This document shows positions 22,721 through 31,788 of a DNA stretch of 64,000 bases, piece by piece (position 1 is the first letter of the stretch; each line of letters opens with the position of its first letter). This DNA comes from an uncultured Rhodospirillaceae bacterium (GTDB taxonomy: Bacteria > Pseudomonadota > Alphaproteobacteria > UBA8366), in the NCBI GenBank assembly GCA_913043025.1, contig CAJWLM010000007.1:65265-129264 (forward strand), given 5' to 3'. The position numbers and the translations under genes were made by a program. Under the pieces are notes generated by a model. The model made no database searches, was not told where the DNA came from, and saw nothing but the letters and a program-made list of their open reading frames with translations.

Positions 22721-23458
22721 TTAGTGCAACTTTAGAGCGTCGTTGATGTAGAGACAGGTAAGTATCGCAAAAACGTAGGCTTGCAAAAAAGCAATCAAAA
22801 TTTCAAGTCCGGTCAGCGCAGTAACAAGTGCAAGTGGAAGAACACCGTAGACCCCCAATAGCCCAATGAAGCTGGCAATAACTTTGAGCAAAGTATGCCC
22901 AGCTAGCATGTTGGCAAAAAGGCGCACTGACAAACTTATCGGTCGTGACAAATACGAAATTACCTCAATAGGAACAAGTAATGGCGCCATCATCCAAGGA
23001 GTTCCGGGAGGCAAGAAAAAACTAAAAAAATGCATGCCATGTTTATAAAAACCAAGGATTGTAACGCCAGTGAAAATGGCAAACGCTAAAGCAAAGGTTA
23101 CGATAATATGGCTGGTGAAGGTAAAACTATATGGAGTCATGCCGAGTAGGTTACCGACTAGAACAAACATGAACACACTGAATATAAGAGGAAAATATTT
23201 ACGTCCCTCTGCCCCAATTGTGTCGCGAATTAGTCCAGCTATGAACTCGTAAGACAATTCAACCATTATCTGTAAGCGGGAAGGCACTGATGCGCGTTTA
23301 CGTGTGCCTAACAATAGGAACCCTACAATCAGAAAAAAGGTAACAGTCATGAAAAGAGCTGAGTTGGTGTACGAAACATCAAAACCGCCAAGTTCAAGTT
23401 CGATTAATGGCTTGATTTCAAACTGTGCAAGTGGACTTTGTGCTTTGCCGTCGGCCAT
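22721..23458 (-). CDS. atpB: F0F1 ATP synthase F0 subunit a
   Basis: 245 aa; conserved LSLSVRLFANMLAGH stator-arginine motif. Confidence 0.96.
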   Translation of the reverse strand: MADGKAQSPLAQFEIKPLIELELGGFDVSYTNSALFMTVTFFLIVGFLLLGTRKRASVPSRLQIMVELSYEFIAGLIRDTIGAEGRKYFPLIFSVFMFVLVGNLLGMTPYSFTFTSHIIVTFALAFAIFTGVTILGFYKHGMHFFSFFLPPGTPWMMAPLLVPIEVISYLSRPISLSVRLFANMLAGHTLLKVIASFIGLLGVYGVLPLALVTALTGLEILIAFLQAYVFAILTCLYINDALKLH

Positions 23459-23460
23459 TG

Positions 23461-23823
23461 TTAACTATTTCCTACATGTTTATTAGAACTATCGGCTAAC
23501 TCGTTCTTTGCTTCGGGGCTGGCATAACCTGCTGCATACCCATGACCGCTAATCAAACGAAATACGTTAAGAAGTCCAGCCGCCGCTCCCAGTATAAAAA
23601 ATAAGATTAGCATCCAAGGTTTTGTATTTAACCAGTTATCCAAAAGTAACCCAAGCCCTACTCCTACAGCTAACGCTGCGACTATGTCCACTCCAATTCG
23701 CACTGCGACACCAAATCCCTGGTCACTGCGAGTACCTTTGCGTTGATCCAGATGCCTAGCATCCAGCTTCCTAAGTTTAGTATCCAATTTCTCCAACGGC
23801 GTTTTTGACTGATTGCTCGACAT
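23461..23823 (-). CDS. atpI: ATP synthase protein I (AtpI/AtpZ family)
   Basis: 120 aa, two TM helices, first gene of F0 operon, 2 nt from atpB. Confidence 0.8.
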   Translation of the reverse strand: MSSNQSKTPLEKLDTKLRKLDARHLDQRKGTRSDQGFGVAVRIGVDIVAALAVGVGLGLLLDNWLNTKPWMLILFFILGAAAGLLNVFRLISGHGYAAGYASPEAKNELADSSNKHVGNS

Positions 23824-24006
23824 AGCCCCAAATTCTCACAGAAAACAACATCGCAAACAAAACTCTAACAAAACACTACCTTACTACTCAATCACTCTAA
23901 CGATAACTAACCAAACGATAAAAGCCACATAGTGCCCTGTCAAGGCAGCGAGATGTGGTGAAACAACGCACTCTTGATGAAAAAACTAAGTTCAATGCTT
24001 CATAAA

Positions 24007-27000
24007 TCATGCGCTATCGCGAATCTTCTCTGCACCACCAAGGTCGACTGAAACAAGCTGACTGACGCCTCGTTCCCCCATAGTGACTCCAAATAATCGG
24101 TCCATTCGTGCCATAGTCATCCTGTGATGGGTAACACATAGAAATCGAGTTGTGCCGGAGCGCGCAATTTCTTCAAGTATTGCACAAAATCGGTCTACGT
24201 TTGCATCATCAAGGGGAGCATCGACCTCATCTAGTACACATATGGGTGCAGGGTTAGTCAGGAAGACGGCAAAAAGCAAAGCTAATGCGGTTAACGCTTG
24301 CTCTCCTCCAGAAAGAAGCGACATTACTTGTAATTTTTTGCCAGGGGGGCTTGTCATGATTTCTAGCCCTGCTTCTAAAGGATCATCTGCTCCTGTTAGC
24401 TGAATAAAAGCCCGCCCGCCGCCAAATAACCTTACAAAAAGATCTTCAAAATGTGTTTTGACTTCGTCGAAGGCCTCTAGAAGGCGCTCACGACCCTCCT
24501 TGTTTAAAGACGATATTCCGTGGCGCAGGCGGGCTATAGCCGACAGCAAATCTTCGCGCTCTGACTCCATGACTTCCATTCGTTCGTTAACGTCCTCTAA
24601 TTCTTTTTCTGCGCGAAGATTAACGGGACCGATAGCATCTCTTGAACGCAAGAGCTTATTAATATCTGTTTCCACCGTTTCTCGCGCTGGCAGCTCTGTT
24701 ACTGACTCAAGGCCTGCCTGCCCGAGTGCTTCCTCAGGCAGACAATTAAGCTTTTCTCTTATTCGTTCGGCTACAACTCTACAATCTTGGTTTGCCTGCT
24801 CGACGAAGCCTTGTTGTCGAACCATATCTTCACGGGCTTCGCCAAGTGCCGCGTCAGCTATTTGGGCTTCGCGATCTGCATCGCTTTGTTCTGTCTCCCC
24901 TTTTGTGAGCTCATCGGACGCTGTTAGTTGTGATTCTTCCGATGATTTACTTAATTCAAGTAAATCTTGCCGTTTTCTCGCAATTTCAGATGGTTGTTCA
25001 GACAAAGTTTGCGCCTGATCTTTTACGTCCTTTTGCCGTTTGAACAAATCATTTAGTCTTTCCGTCGCTCCCGAGGCTCGTTCGCGCCAGGAAGAAAGTT
25101 CTTTTTCATTTGCGGTCATGCGTTCGCGCCGCAATTGAAATTGGGCTTCAAGCCGATTGTATTGTATTTGACATTCTGACTCTCGGTTTTTGCGATCAGC
25201 AACAGTTTCACGCAATTTATCGATTGAGGATTTTAATTGTAGCGGCGTTGATGCAGCATCTAACGCGTCGGCAACTTCGGCCTCCAGCCTCTGAGTTTGT
25301 GTCAAATCATTTTTAGATTCTGCCGAGGCTTCTTCTAACGCCGTAAGCCTACTTGCTGCACCACTGGATTCGCTTAACAAACCAGCACGTAGGTCACGCG
25401 CACCATCAAGCTGGCCAATGGAAACCTCAACTATTTGTCGTGCTTCTTTTTCATTGATGCTCGCCTCAGTCAGCTCTTTAATAGATATTTCATGAGCTGT
25501 CTCAGCAGTTTGAAGATTAGTGTCAGCATCTTTCAATGACTCATTGAGCGCCTCTAATCTGTTGCGTTGACTAAGCCGCGTAGCCGCAGCACTTGGCACT
25601 CCTGCCGCAACCGTAAATCCATCCCATCGCCAAAACTCGCCAGTTTTCGAAACAAGCCATTGGCCAGCTTTAAGCTGTTTTCGCAAGGTCGCCCCATTGT
25701 CGTCGTCTGAGATGACTCCAATGCTAGAAAGTCTTCGCTCAAGTGCAGGGGGTCCCTTTACAAAATCAGATAATGGGCGGGTGTTGACCGGCAGCGTTGC
25801 TTTACCGGGCATAGGGCCGAGCGAAGCCCAATGTCGCTCTGCCGCCTCATCAATCGGGGCCGTAAGCTCCTCCCCAAGAGCAGTTGCAAGCGCTGTCTCA
25901 AAGCCTGAAGTAACTTCTAGTGCATCGATTAGTGGAGGAAATAGGTCACTATCGGGTTCGCCAAGAATCTCTATCAATGCTTTAATTTCAGCGGCAATCC
26001 CATTTTGGGAGGCTTTTTTTTCAGCTGCTTCAGCCCTCGTCGACTTTTCCTGTTTTTCTGACTGCAGGCGTTTCTCTTCTGCGGTTTTTAGATTTTCTCG
26101 AGCTATGGCCAGTTGCGATTCAAAATTAGCAACGTTGTGTTCTGCCTCGGCAAGTCGCTGATCTGCGCTGATTTTTCCTTTCAGTGTTTCACGTTCATTG
26201 TCAATTTGCCGCACTCTTGCCTTTAACCGTAGACTTCGCTCTGCAAGTTCCATTGCTCGGGCTGTGATTGTTGTTTTTTGGGCCTCAGCAGCTGTGATCT
26301 CCTTAGTGACATTGGCGAGCTTAGTTTCCTCTGTCGCCAAGGCTGCACGGGCTTCTGAGAGTGCCGCTTGCGCGGCCTCTATTGCACTTGCCTCTTCAAT
26401 TTTGTTAATTTCTAGGTTGGAGCGTTCTGTTTCAAGTCGAGCTATAGTCTCGTCTGATTCCTTCGCAAGATCATTTTCATGAGCTATATCCCCTTCAATT
26501 TGCTCAAGCCGGCGCGAGACCTCAGCACCGGATTCTGAGACCCGAGATTCTTCATTATCAAGCTCTTTAAGAGCCATGGTAATTCTTTGCAACTCGGCTG
26601 CCGCGCGCACTGCGGTATTACGTAGTTTCGGTAAAGCCTGCTGGGCGTCAGCTCTTCGTCGTGAGGCAGAAGCTGCTGCTTGGGTTCGTTCCACAACAAG
26701 TTGCTCCACGCTCGTCAATTTTGCAGCCGAGGATGCCTTGGCATCTGATGCCTCGTTCCAGCGTAAATGCAGTAGCGTCGCTTCTTTTTCTAGAATTTTA
26801 TCGGCGATATTTCTGTAACGCTTAGCTTGCCGTGCTTGGCGTTGCAGACCACGACTTTGATCGTGAAGTGCACCGATTACATCATCAAGCCGCTCTAAAT
26901 TGGTTTCAGCGGCTTTTAATCGAAGCTCTACCTCGTGGCGACGCGAGTGGAGACCGGTTATGCCTGCTGCTTCCTCTAGCAGTGCACGCCGTTCTGTTGG

Positions 27001-27468
27001 CTTTGCACCAATTAAAGCACCCACCCTACCTTGACTGACCATTGCTGTGGAGTGTGCTCCACTAGCCAAATCAGCGAATAGTAACTGAATATCCCGCGCA
27101 CGTACGTCATTTCCGTTTACTCGATATTGAGAGCCAGAGCCTCGCTCTATACGCCGTGAGATTTCTAGAATGTCGGCTTCGTTAAACCGTGCGGGGGCGC
27201 CTCGGTCAGAATTATCGAGTGATAGGGTTACTTCGGCAATATTGCGCGCTGGCCGACTAGTGCTCCCACCGAATATAACGTCGTCCATCTCAGAGCCGCG
27301 CATCCTTTTAGCTGAGGTTTCCCCCATTACCCACCTCAAAGCCTCAACTATATTTGACTTTCCACAACCATTGGGTCCGACAATGCCTGTCATTCCAGTT
27401 TCGATGGGCAGTTCGACTGGTTCAACGAAGGATTTAAATCCTATAAGGCGTAGAGTTGTAAAATGCAC
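24007..27468 (-). CDS. smc: chromosome segregation protein SMC
   Basis: 1153 aa; Walker A GPNGCGKSN, long coiled coils, signature LSGGEQALTALALLFA, Walker B ICVLDEVDAPLD. Confidence 0.97.
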   Translation of the reverse strand: MHFTTLRLIGFKSFVEPVELPIETGMTGIVGPNGCGKSNIVEALRWVMGETSAKRMRGSEMDDVIFGGSTSRPARNIAEVTLSLDNSDRGAPARFNEADILEISRRIERGSGSQYRVNGNDVRARDIQLLFADLASGAHSTAMVSQGRVGALIGAKPTERRALLEEAAGITGLHSRRHEVELRLKAAETNLERLDDVIGALHDQSRGLQRQARQAKRYRNIADKILEKEATLLHLRWNEASDAKASSAAKLTSVEQLVVERTQAAASASRRRADAQQALPKLRNTAVRAAAELQRITMALKELDNEESRVSESGAEVSRRLEQIEGDIAHENDLAKESDETIARLETERSNLEINKIEEASAIEAAQAALSEARAALATEETKLANVTKEITAAEAQKTTITARAMELAERSLRLKARVRQIDNERETLKGKISADQRLAEAEHNVANFESQLAIARENLKTAEEKRLQSEKQEKSTRAEAAEKKASQNGIAAEIKALIEILGEPDSDLFPPLIDALEVTSGFETALATALGEELTAPIDEAAERHWASLGPMPGKATLPVNTRPLSDFVKGPPALERRLSSIGVISDDDNGATLRKQLKAGQWLVSKTGEFWRWDGFTVAAGVPSAAATRLSQRNRLEALNESLKDADTNLQTAETAHEISIKELTEASINEKEARQIVEVSIGQLDGARDLRAGLLSESSGAASRLTALEEASAESKNDLTQTQRLEAEVADALDAASTPLQLKSSIDKLRETVADRKNRESECQIQYNRLEAQFQLRRERMTANEKELSSWRERASGATERLNDLFKRQKDVKDQAQTLSEQPSEIARKRQDLLELSKSSEESQLTASDELTKGETEQSDADREAQIADAALGEAREDMVRQQGFVEQANQDCRVVAERIREKLNCLPEEALGQAGLESVTELPARETVETDINKLLRSRDAIGPVNLRAEKELEDVNERMEVMESEREDLLSAIARLRHGISSLNKEGRERLLEAFDEVKTHFEDLFVRLFGGGRAFIQLTGADDPLEAGLEIMTSPPGKKLQVMSLLSGGEQALTALALLFAVFLTNPAPICVLDEVDAPLDDANVDRFCAILEEIARSGTTRFLCVTHHRMTMARMDRLFGVTMGERGVSQLVSVDLGGAEKIRDSA

Positions 27469-27525
27469 TTTTATTCAAATTCAATCTGAATGGGTTTGGT
27501 AATGAAGCTGAGCTCTGCAATTGAT

Positions 27526-28113
27526 CTATTTATTAATCATTTTTTCTATGGACGAGAAATCACCATCCACCTTTTCTCCGTTGACAATAATTGTGGGAGT
27601 GGAGTCAACAGCAAATTTTTTTGTGTATTCTATCATCTTCTTTCGCATGCCCTGGTATAGTTCTTCATTTACGAGGCAGGAATCAAATTTTTCTGACCCC
27701 ATACCGCCCAATTTAGCTATTTGTTTAAGTGCTGCTACCGGGTCGTTTTTGCGTGTCCAGCTGCTAAAGTTTTTAAACAAAGTATTTACGTAAGGTCGAT
27801 AGTATTTGCGTGGGGCGCATCTGGTGATCATATGAGCAAGAATTGCTAGGTTATTGAGCGGAAAGTCTCTCGAAATGAATTTTGCTTTCCCTGTATCGAT
27901 GAATTTTCTCTTTATTTCTGGCAATACGTTAGCATGAAATTTTGCACACTGACCACACGTTAGAGAGAAATATTCTATAATAGTGTTGGGAGCATCTGGA
28001 TCACCCATAACAATGTCTTCCAACTGAGATTTGGTGTCTAGCTGTTTGGCTTCTACCGGTTGGCCAGTTATGATCAAGGCCGTTAATAAAAATATTTTGG
28101 AAGCACGGGTCAC
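27526..28113 (-). CDS. DsbA-family periplasmic thiol:disulfide oxidoreductase
   Basis: 195 aa, signal peptide, thioredoxin-fold CxxC motif FSLTCGQCAKFH. Confidence 0.88.
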   Translation of the reverse strand: MTRASKIFLLTALIITGQPVEAKQLDTKSQLEDIVMGDPDAPNTIIEYFSLTCGQCAKFHANVLPEIKRKFIDTGKAKFISRDFPLNNLAILAHMITRCAPRKYYRPYVNTLFKNFSSWTRKNDPVAALKQIAKLGGMGSEKFDSCLVNEELYQGMRKKMIEYTKKFAVDSTPTIIVNGEKVDGDFSSIEKMINK

Positions 28114-28247
28114 TATCTACTCCTCATTTTGCCTAATGTGCAATTATAAATAGACTAATGTGGCTCAATCAAGGCACGCTCATTAATCGAATCTGATAAG
28201 TTTATGTGGATGGATTTCCCATACGTAAGTTAAGAGATTCTCAAAAA

Positions 28248-28739
28248 TTAGTCTTTTTTGTCCGATTCGCGCATTTTTACAGATTGGGCAAACCGTTCTA
28301 GTACATGCATTAACTTTGTGGCACCGATTTTTTGGTTAAGGGATTTTTTATTTATAGACTCGGTTGAAGTTATTACTTCACTCTTAGATTTGTTTACAGG
28401 ACCATTAATAATATTCAGTCGCATTACCGCCCGATACCCAAAATAAGTATTTATGCGATCAAGGATTTGGGGTTCCAGATGTTGAATTTCTAGTGCTGCC
28501 CCCCCTTCAGCTTTCAGACGAAGTACACCAGAATCTCGCTTATTTCGTGGGAAAGTAAGTTTTTCTGGTGCGCTCAATCGTGCAATATCAGGCCCAACTA
28601 TAGTCGCCCAGTCTGTGATGAGGCCGATATAGGAAAAGCCAAATTTTCCGAGCGCTTTTCTTGTTAGTTTTGGCAAAAGCGCGGCAAGCGGTAACGGTCC
28701 GCTCCGGTGCCTTTTTTGAGTGTTTTCGAAATCGTGCAT
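28248..28739 (-). CDS. DUF721 / DciA-family protein (candidate replicative-helicase operator)
   Basis: 163 aa; LITDWATIVGPDIARLSAPEKL...GVLRLKAEGGAALEIQHLEPQILDRINTYFGYRAV matches DUF721 layout; divergent from mutY as in many alphaproteobacteria. Confidence 0.75.
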   Translation of the reverse strand: MHDFENTQKRHRSGPLPLAALLPKLTRKALGKFGFSYIGLITDWATIVGPDIARLSAPEKLTFPRNKRDSGVLRLKAEGGAALEIQHLEPQILDRINTYFGYRAVMRLNIINGPVNKSKSEVITSTESINKKSLNQKIGATKLMHVLERFAQSVKMRESDKKD

Positions 28740-28835
28740 ATACCTACAGACTTTTTAGATTGTAGATTGGGTTCCAGTTAGTAAAAATATATCCTCACCT
28801 GTCTTACGCTAACTCTCTTCAGTGGAAGATTAGCT

Positions 28836-29900
28836 GTGTCAACGAAAGATAACATGACTGCCGCTATTGAGTTGCTTAATTGGTATGACACAAATCGCCG
28901 TCGCATGCCATGGCGCGCGAGCTTGGGCCAGAAACCAAATCCTTATCATGTCTGGATGAGTGAGGTCATGCTGCAGCAGACGACTGTTGCAACTGCCGGA
29001 CCTTACTTTAAACGCTTCATTACCCGGTGGCCATCGGTAGCAGATATGGCGCGAGCTGAACTCGACGAAGTTCTATTGGGTTGGGCTGGCCTAGGCTATT
29101 ATGCGCGGGCGCGAAACCTTCATAAATGTTCTCGAGTAATTATTAATCAGTATGGTGGCCGATTTCCTGATCAAGAGGCTGAGCTCCTGAAACTACCGGG
29201 TATCGGGCGTTACACTGCAGCTGCAATTGCTGCAATCGCTTTTGGAAAGCCAGCTGCGGTAATGGATGTCAATGTGGAGCGTGTGATGGCTCGTCTGTAT
29301 TCGGTTTCTGACCCGTTGCCAGCGTGTAAACCAACACTTTACAATCATGTGTTGGATATGACGCCAACTTTTAGGCCCGGGGACTATGCCCAAGCGGTAA
29401 TGGACCTTGGCGCGACTGTATGTACGGTGCGGAAACCAAAATGTGATCTATGCCCTTGGACAAAAAGATGCCAAGGAAAGAACATAGCAGAATTCATCCC
29501 ATTAAAACGGTCAAAGCCAAAACGTCAAACAAGGCGTGGCATAGCATTTTGGATAACGAATCCCGCAGGTGCGGTGCTTCTGCGAAGGAGGCCAGAAAAA
29601 GGCTTGCTTGGTGGTATGATGGAGGTGCCCAGCACAAACTGGGTTGAGGGTGCTTTGCCAGATAGGAAGACAGCAGCAATGGCGGCACCTCTGCAGATGG
29701 CAAATTGGGACGAAATCTCCGGAACGGTAAGACACACTTTTAGTCATTTCCATCTCGAACTAAATGTGGTCACGGCTTCAGTGGATGAGGTGCACGCGGC
29801 GCCGCAGGATTGCAGATGGTGTCAACCGAGAGAATTCGAAGAACACGCATTGCCTTCAGTAATGCGTAAGGTGGTAAGGCTTGCAACAAGTAATCTTTGA
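28836..29900 (+). CDS. mutY: A/G-specific adenine DNA glycosylase
   Basis: 354 aa; HhH motif LPGIGRYTAAAIAAIAF, Fe-S cluster loop CTVRKPKCDLCPWTKRC, C-terminal NUDIX-like domain; GTG start or ATG at 28854. Confidence 0.95.
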   Translation: MSTKDNMTAAIELLNWYDTNRRRMPWRASLGQKPNPYHVWMSEVMLQQTTVATAGPYFKRFITRWPSVADMARAELDEVLLGWAGLGYYARARNLHKCSRVIINQYGGRFPDQEAELLKLPGIGRYTAAAIAAIAFGKPAAVMDVNVERVMARLYSVSDPLPACKPTLYNHVLDMTPTFRPGDYAQAVMDLGATVCTVRKPKCDLCPWTKRCQGKNIAEFIPLKRSKPKRQTRRGIAFWITNPAGAVLLRRRPEKGLLGGMMEVPSTNWVEGALPDRKTAAMAAPLQMANWDEISGTVRHTFSHFHLELNVVTASVDEVHAAPQDCRWCQPREFEEHALPSVMRKVVRLATSNL

Positions 29901-29908
29901 AGATGATT

Positions 29909-31009
29909 TCAGTTGAGTTCCGTTCGCAACTGCTGACGCAAAGAGTCAATTGGAATGGTTTTGCCTTCAACGTTCATGCACCAAAATGTCCAACCATTGC
30001 AGCTAGGGGCACCTTGAACTGCAGCACCAACCTGATGAATTGACCCGCGATGTGTTGCAGAAATCACGGTGCCATCTGCCCTTACTTTTGCTGTGTGTTG
30101 TTGATCGGGGCTGACCAGCACGTCGCCCGCAGAGAGTAGTCCACGTTCTACAAGCCAACCAAAAGGAATTCGAGGCTGGCGCCTCTTCGACGGACTTCTT
30201 ATCAGTTCTAATGAATGCGGCTCCGGTGTCGCGTCAATTCGCTCTTGGGCTGCCTTGACATACTCAGGATCACTATCGATGCCAAGATATCGGCGTCCTA
30301 ATTTTTTTGCCACCACCCCAGTGGTGCCAGTTCCAAAAAATGGGTCTAGAATTAAATCGTCGGGATCAGTCGCAGCCAAAACAGCACGATAGATTAGCGC
30401 TTCCGGCTTCTGAGTGGGATGGATTTTATCTCCTTTTTGATCGCGCAATCTTTCTGAGCCCGTGCAAATTGGAAGGAGCCAATCGCTGCGCATTTGGAGA
30501 TCTTCATTGAGTGCCTTCATAGCGTCATAATTGAAGGTGGGTTTACTTGTTTCTGATTTTGCGCACCAAAGAAGCGTTTCGTGAGCGTTTGTAAAACGAG
30601 TCCCACGGAAGTTGGGCATTGGATTGGTCTTGATCCATACTATATCATTCAAAAACCAAAATCCCATGTCCTGAAGTGCTGCTCCTACTCTGTAGATATT
30701 GTGGTAAGTGCCAATGACCCATAGAGTACCATCATCTTTTAAAACGCGTCGCGCTTCGGCAAGCCAATTGCCGGTAAAGGTATCGTAATCTGCAAAAGTT
30801 CCAACTTTATCCCAGGCATTGTCGACACCGTTGACTTTGGTGTTGTTCGGTCGGCGGAGGTCGCCTCGAAGCTGTAGATTATAAGGCGGGTCGGCAAAAA
30901 TCATGTCGGCACACTGATCAGGCAGTTTAGACATAACTGATGAGCTGTTTCCAAGAATTATTCTCGAATCAATTATTTCTTTGGAAGATTTTTTTACGCA
31001 AGAGGCCAT
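29909..31009 (-). CDS. ccrM: cell-cycle-regulated DNA adenine methyltransferase (GANTC-specific CcrM type)
   Basis: 366 aa beta-class N6-MTase: DPPY motif IFADPPYNL near N-terminus, AdoMet motif ILDPFFGTGTTG later, plus the C-terminal extension typical of CcrM. Confidence 0.92.
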   Translation of the reverse strand: MASCVKKSSKEIIDSRIILGNSSSVMSKLPDQCADMIFADPPYNLQLRGDLRRPNNTKVNGVDNAWDKVGTFADYDTFTGNWLAEARRVLKDDGTLWVIGTYHNIYRVGAALQDMGFWFLNDIVWIKTNPMPNFRGTRFTNAHETLLWCAKSETSKPTFNYDAMKALNEDLQMRSDWLLPICTGSERLRDQKGDKIHPTQKPEALIYRAVLAATDPDDLILDPFFGTGTTGVVAKKLGRRYLGIDSDPEYVKAAQERIDATPEPHSLELIRSPSKRRQPRIPFGWLVERGLLSAGDVLVSPDQQHTAKVRADGTVISATHRGSIHQVGAAVQGAPSCNGWTFWCMNVEGKTIPIDSLRQQLRTELN

Positions 31010-31092
31010 TTTATCGCATGCATCCCGTAATTTAGAAACGTTGTTGCAAAGTAATAAAAAGATTTAAAAAATACAATACTTATACATTATGA

Positions 31093-31113
31093 AGTAATAG
31101 ATTTTGTATTACT
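31093..31113. repeat. inverted repeat AGTAATA-GATTTTG-TATTACT in rnhB-ccrM intergenic region
   Basis: Read directly; 7-bp perfect arms, 7-nt spacer, in a very AT-rich 137-bp spacer upstream of ccrM. Confidence 0.8.
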
Positions 31114-31146
31114 AAATAGTACTTACACAATATATTGTATGTACTT

Positions 31147-31782
31147 CTATATTTTTGCTATTATTTTGGCGATAGGAGAGAATGTCTTTCGGTGATGAGG
31201 TGTAACTCCTATCCTTGCGAGTGCCTCGCGGTGCTCCTTGGTTCCATAACCCGCATTTTTCTCCCAACCATACTCGGGAAAGGTTTTTGCTAGGGTGGCC
31301 ATCTCACGATCGCGATGAACTTTTGCAACAATTGAGGCCGCTGCGATTGAAAGGGAGAGAGAATCGCCCTTCACCAATGTTTCGACCTTACAGGGAAGAT
31401 TTGGTGCTTGATTGCCATCGACCAGCGCAATATCCACTGTAATTGAGAGTGATTGTAATGCTCGTTCCATAGCCATAAAGGTTGCGCTTAGAATATTAGT
31501 TTCATCGATTTCGGTTACTTCTGCGCGTCCGACGCCAATGTCTGCACAGAAGTGAAGCATGGAAAAAAATCGCTCACGCTTCGCCGAGGAAATAAGTTTT
31601 GAGTCATTAATTCCAAACCTCAATTCATCTGGCATTTTGGATTGATTCAGGACAACGGCAGCAGCGAAAACCGGGCCAGCCCACGGACCACGTCCTGCTT
31701 CATCAATACCAGCAACACGGCCGCTGTTGGCATTTTCGCGGCTTAAATCAGGCACTATGATTTCTGCAAAGCAATGTATCAA
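31147..31782 (-). CDS. rnhB: ribonuclease HII
   Basis: 211 aa; AGIDEAGRGPWAGPV and DSKLIS motifs. Confidence 0.95.
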   Translation of the reverse strand: MIHCFAEIIVPDLSRENANSGRVAGIDEAGRGPWAGPVFAAAVVLNQSKMPDELRFGINDSKLISSAKRERFFSMLHFCADIGVGRAEVTEIDETNILSATFMAMERALQSLSITVDIALVDGNQAPNLPCKVETLVKGDSLSLSIAAASIVAKVHRDREMATLAKTFPEYGWEKNAGYGTKEHREALARIGVTPHHRKTFSPIAKIIAKI

Positions 31783-31788
31783 ACTTTC

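Noticed and set aside
24152-27502. Numerous long antisense ORFs (up to 186 aa) inside smc
   Set aside because: They lie entirely within a 1153-aa gene with unmistakable SMC motifs. Their translations are low-complexity Ser/Ala/Arg strings, as expected from the reverse complement of Ala/Glu/Arg/Leu-rich coiled-coil codons, and they have no SD signals.
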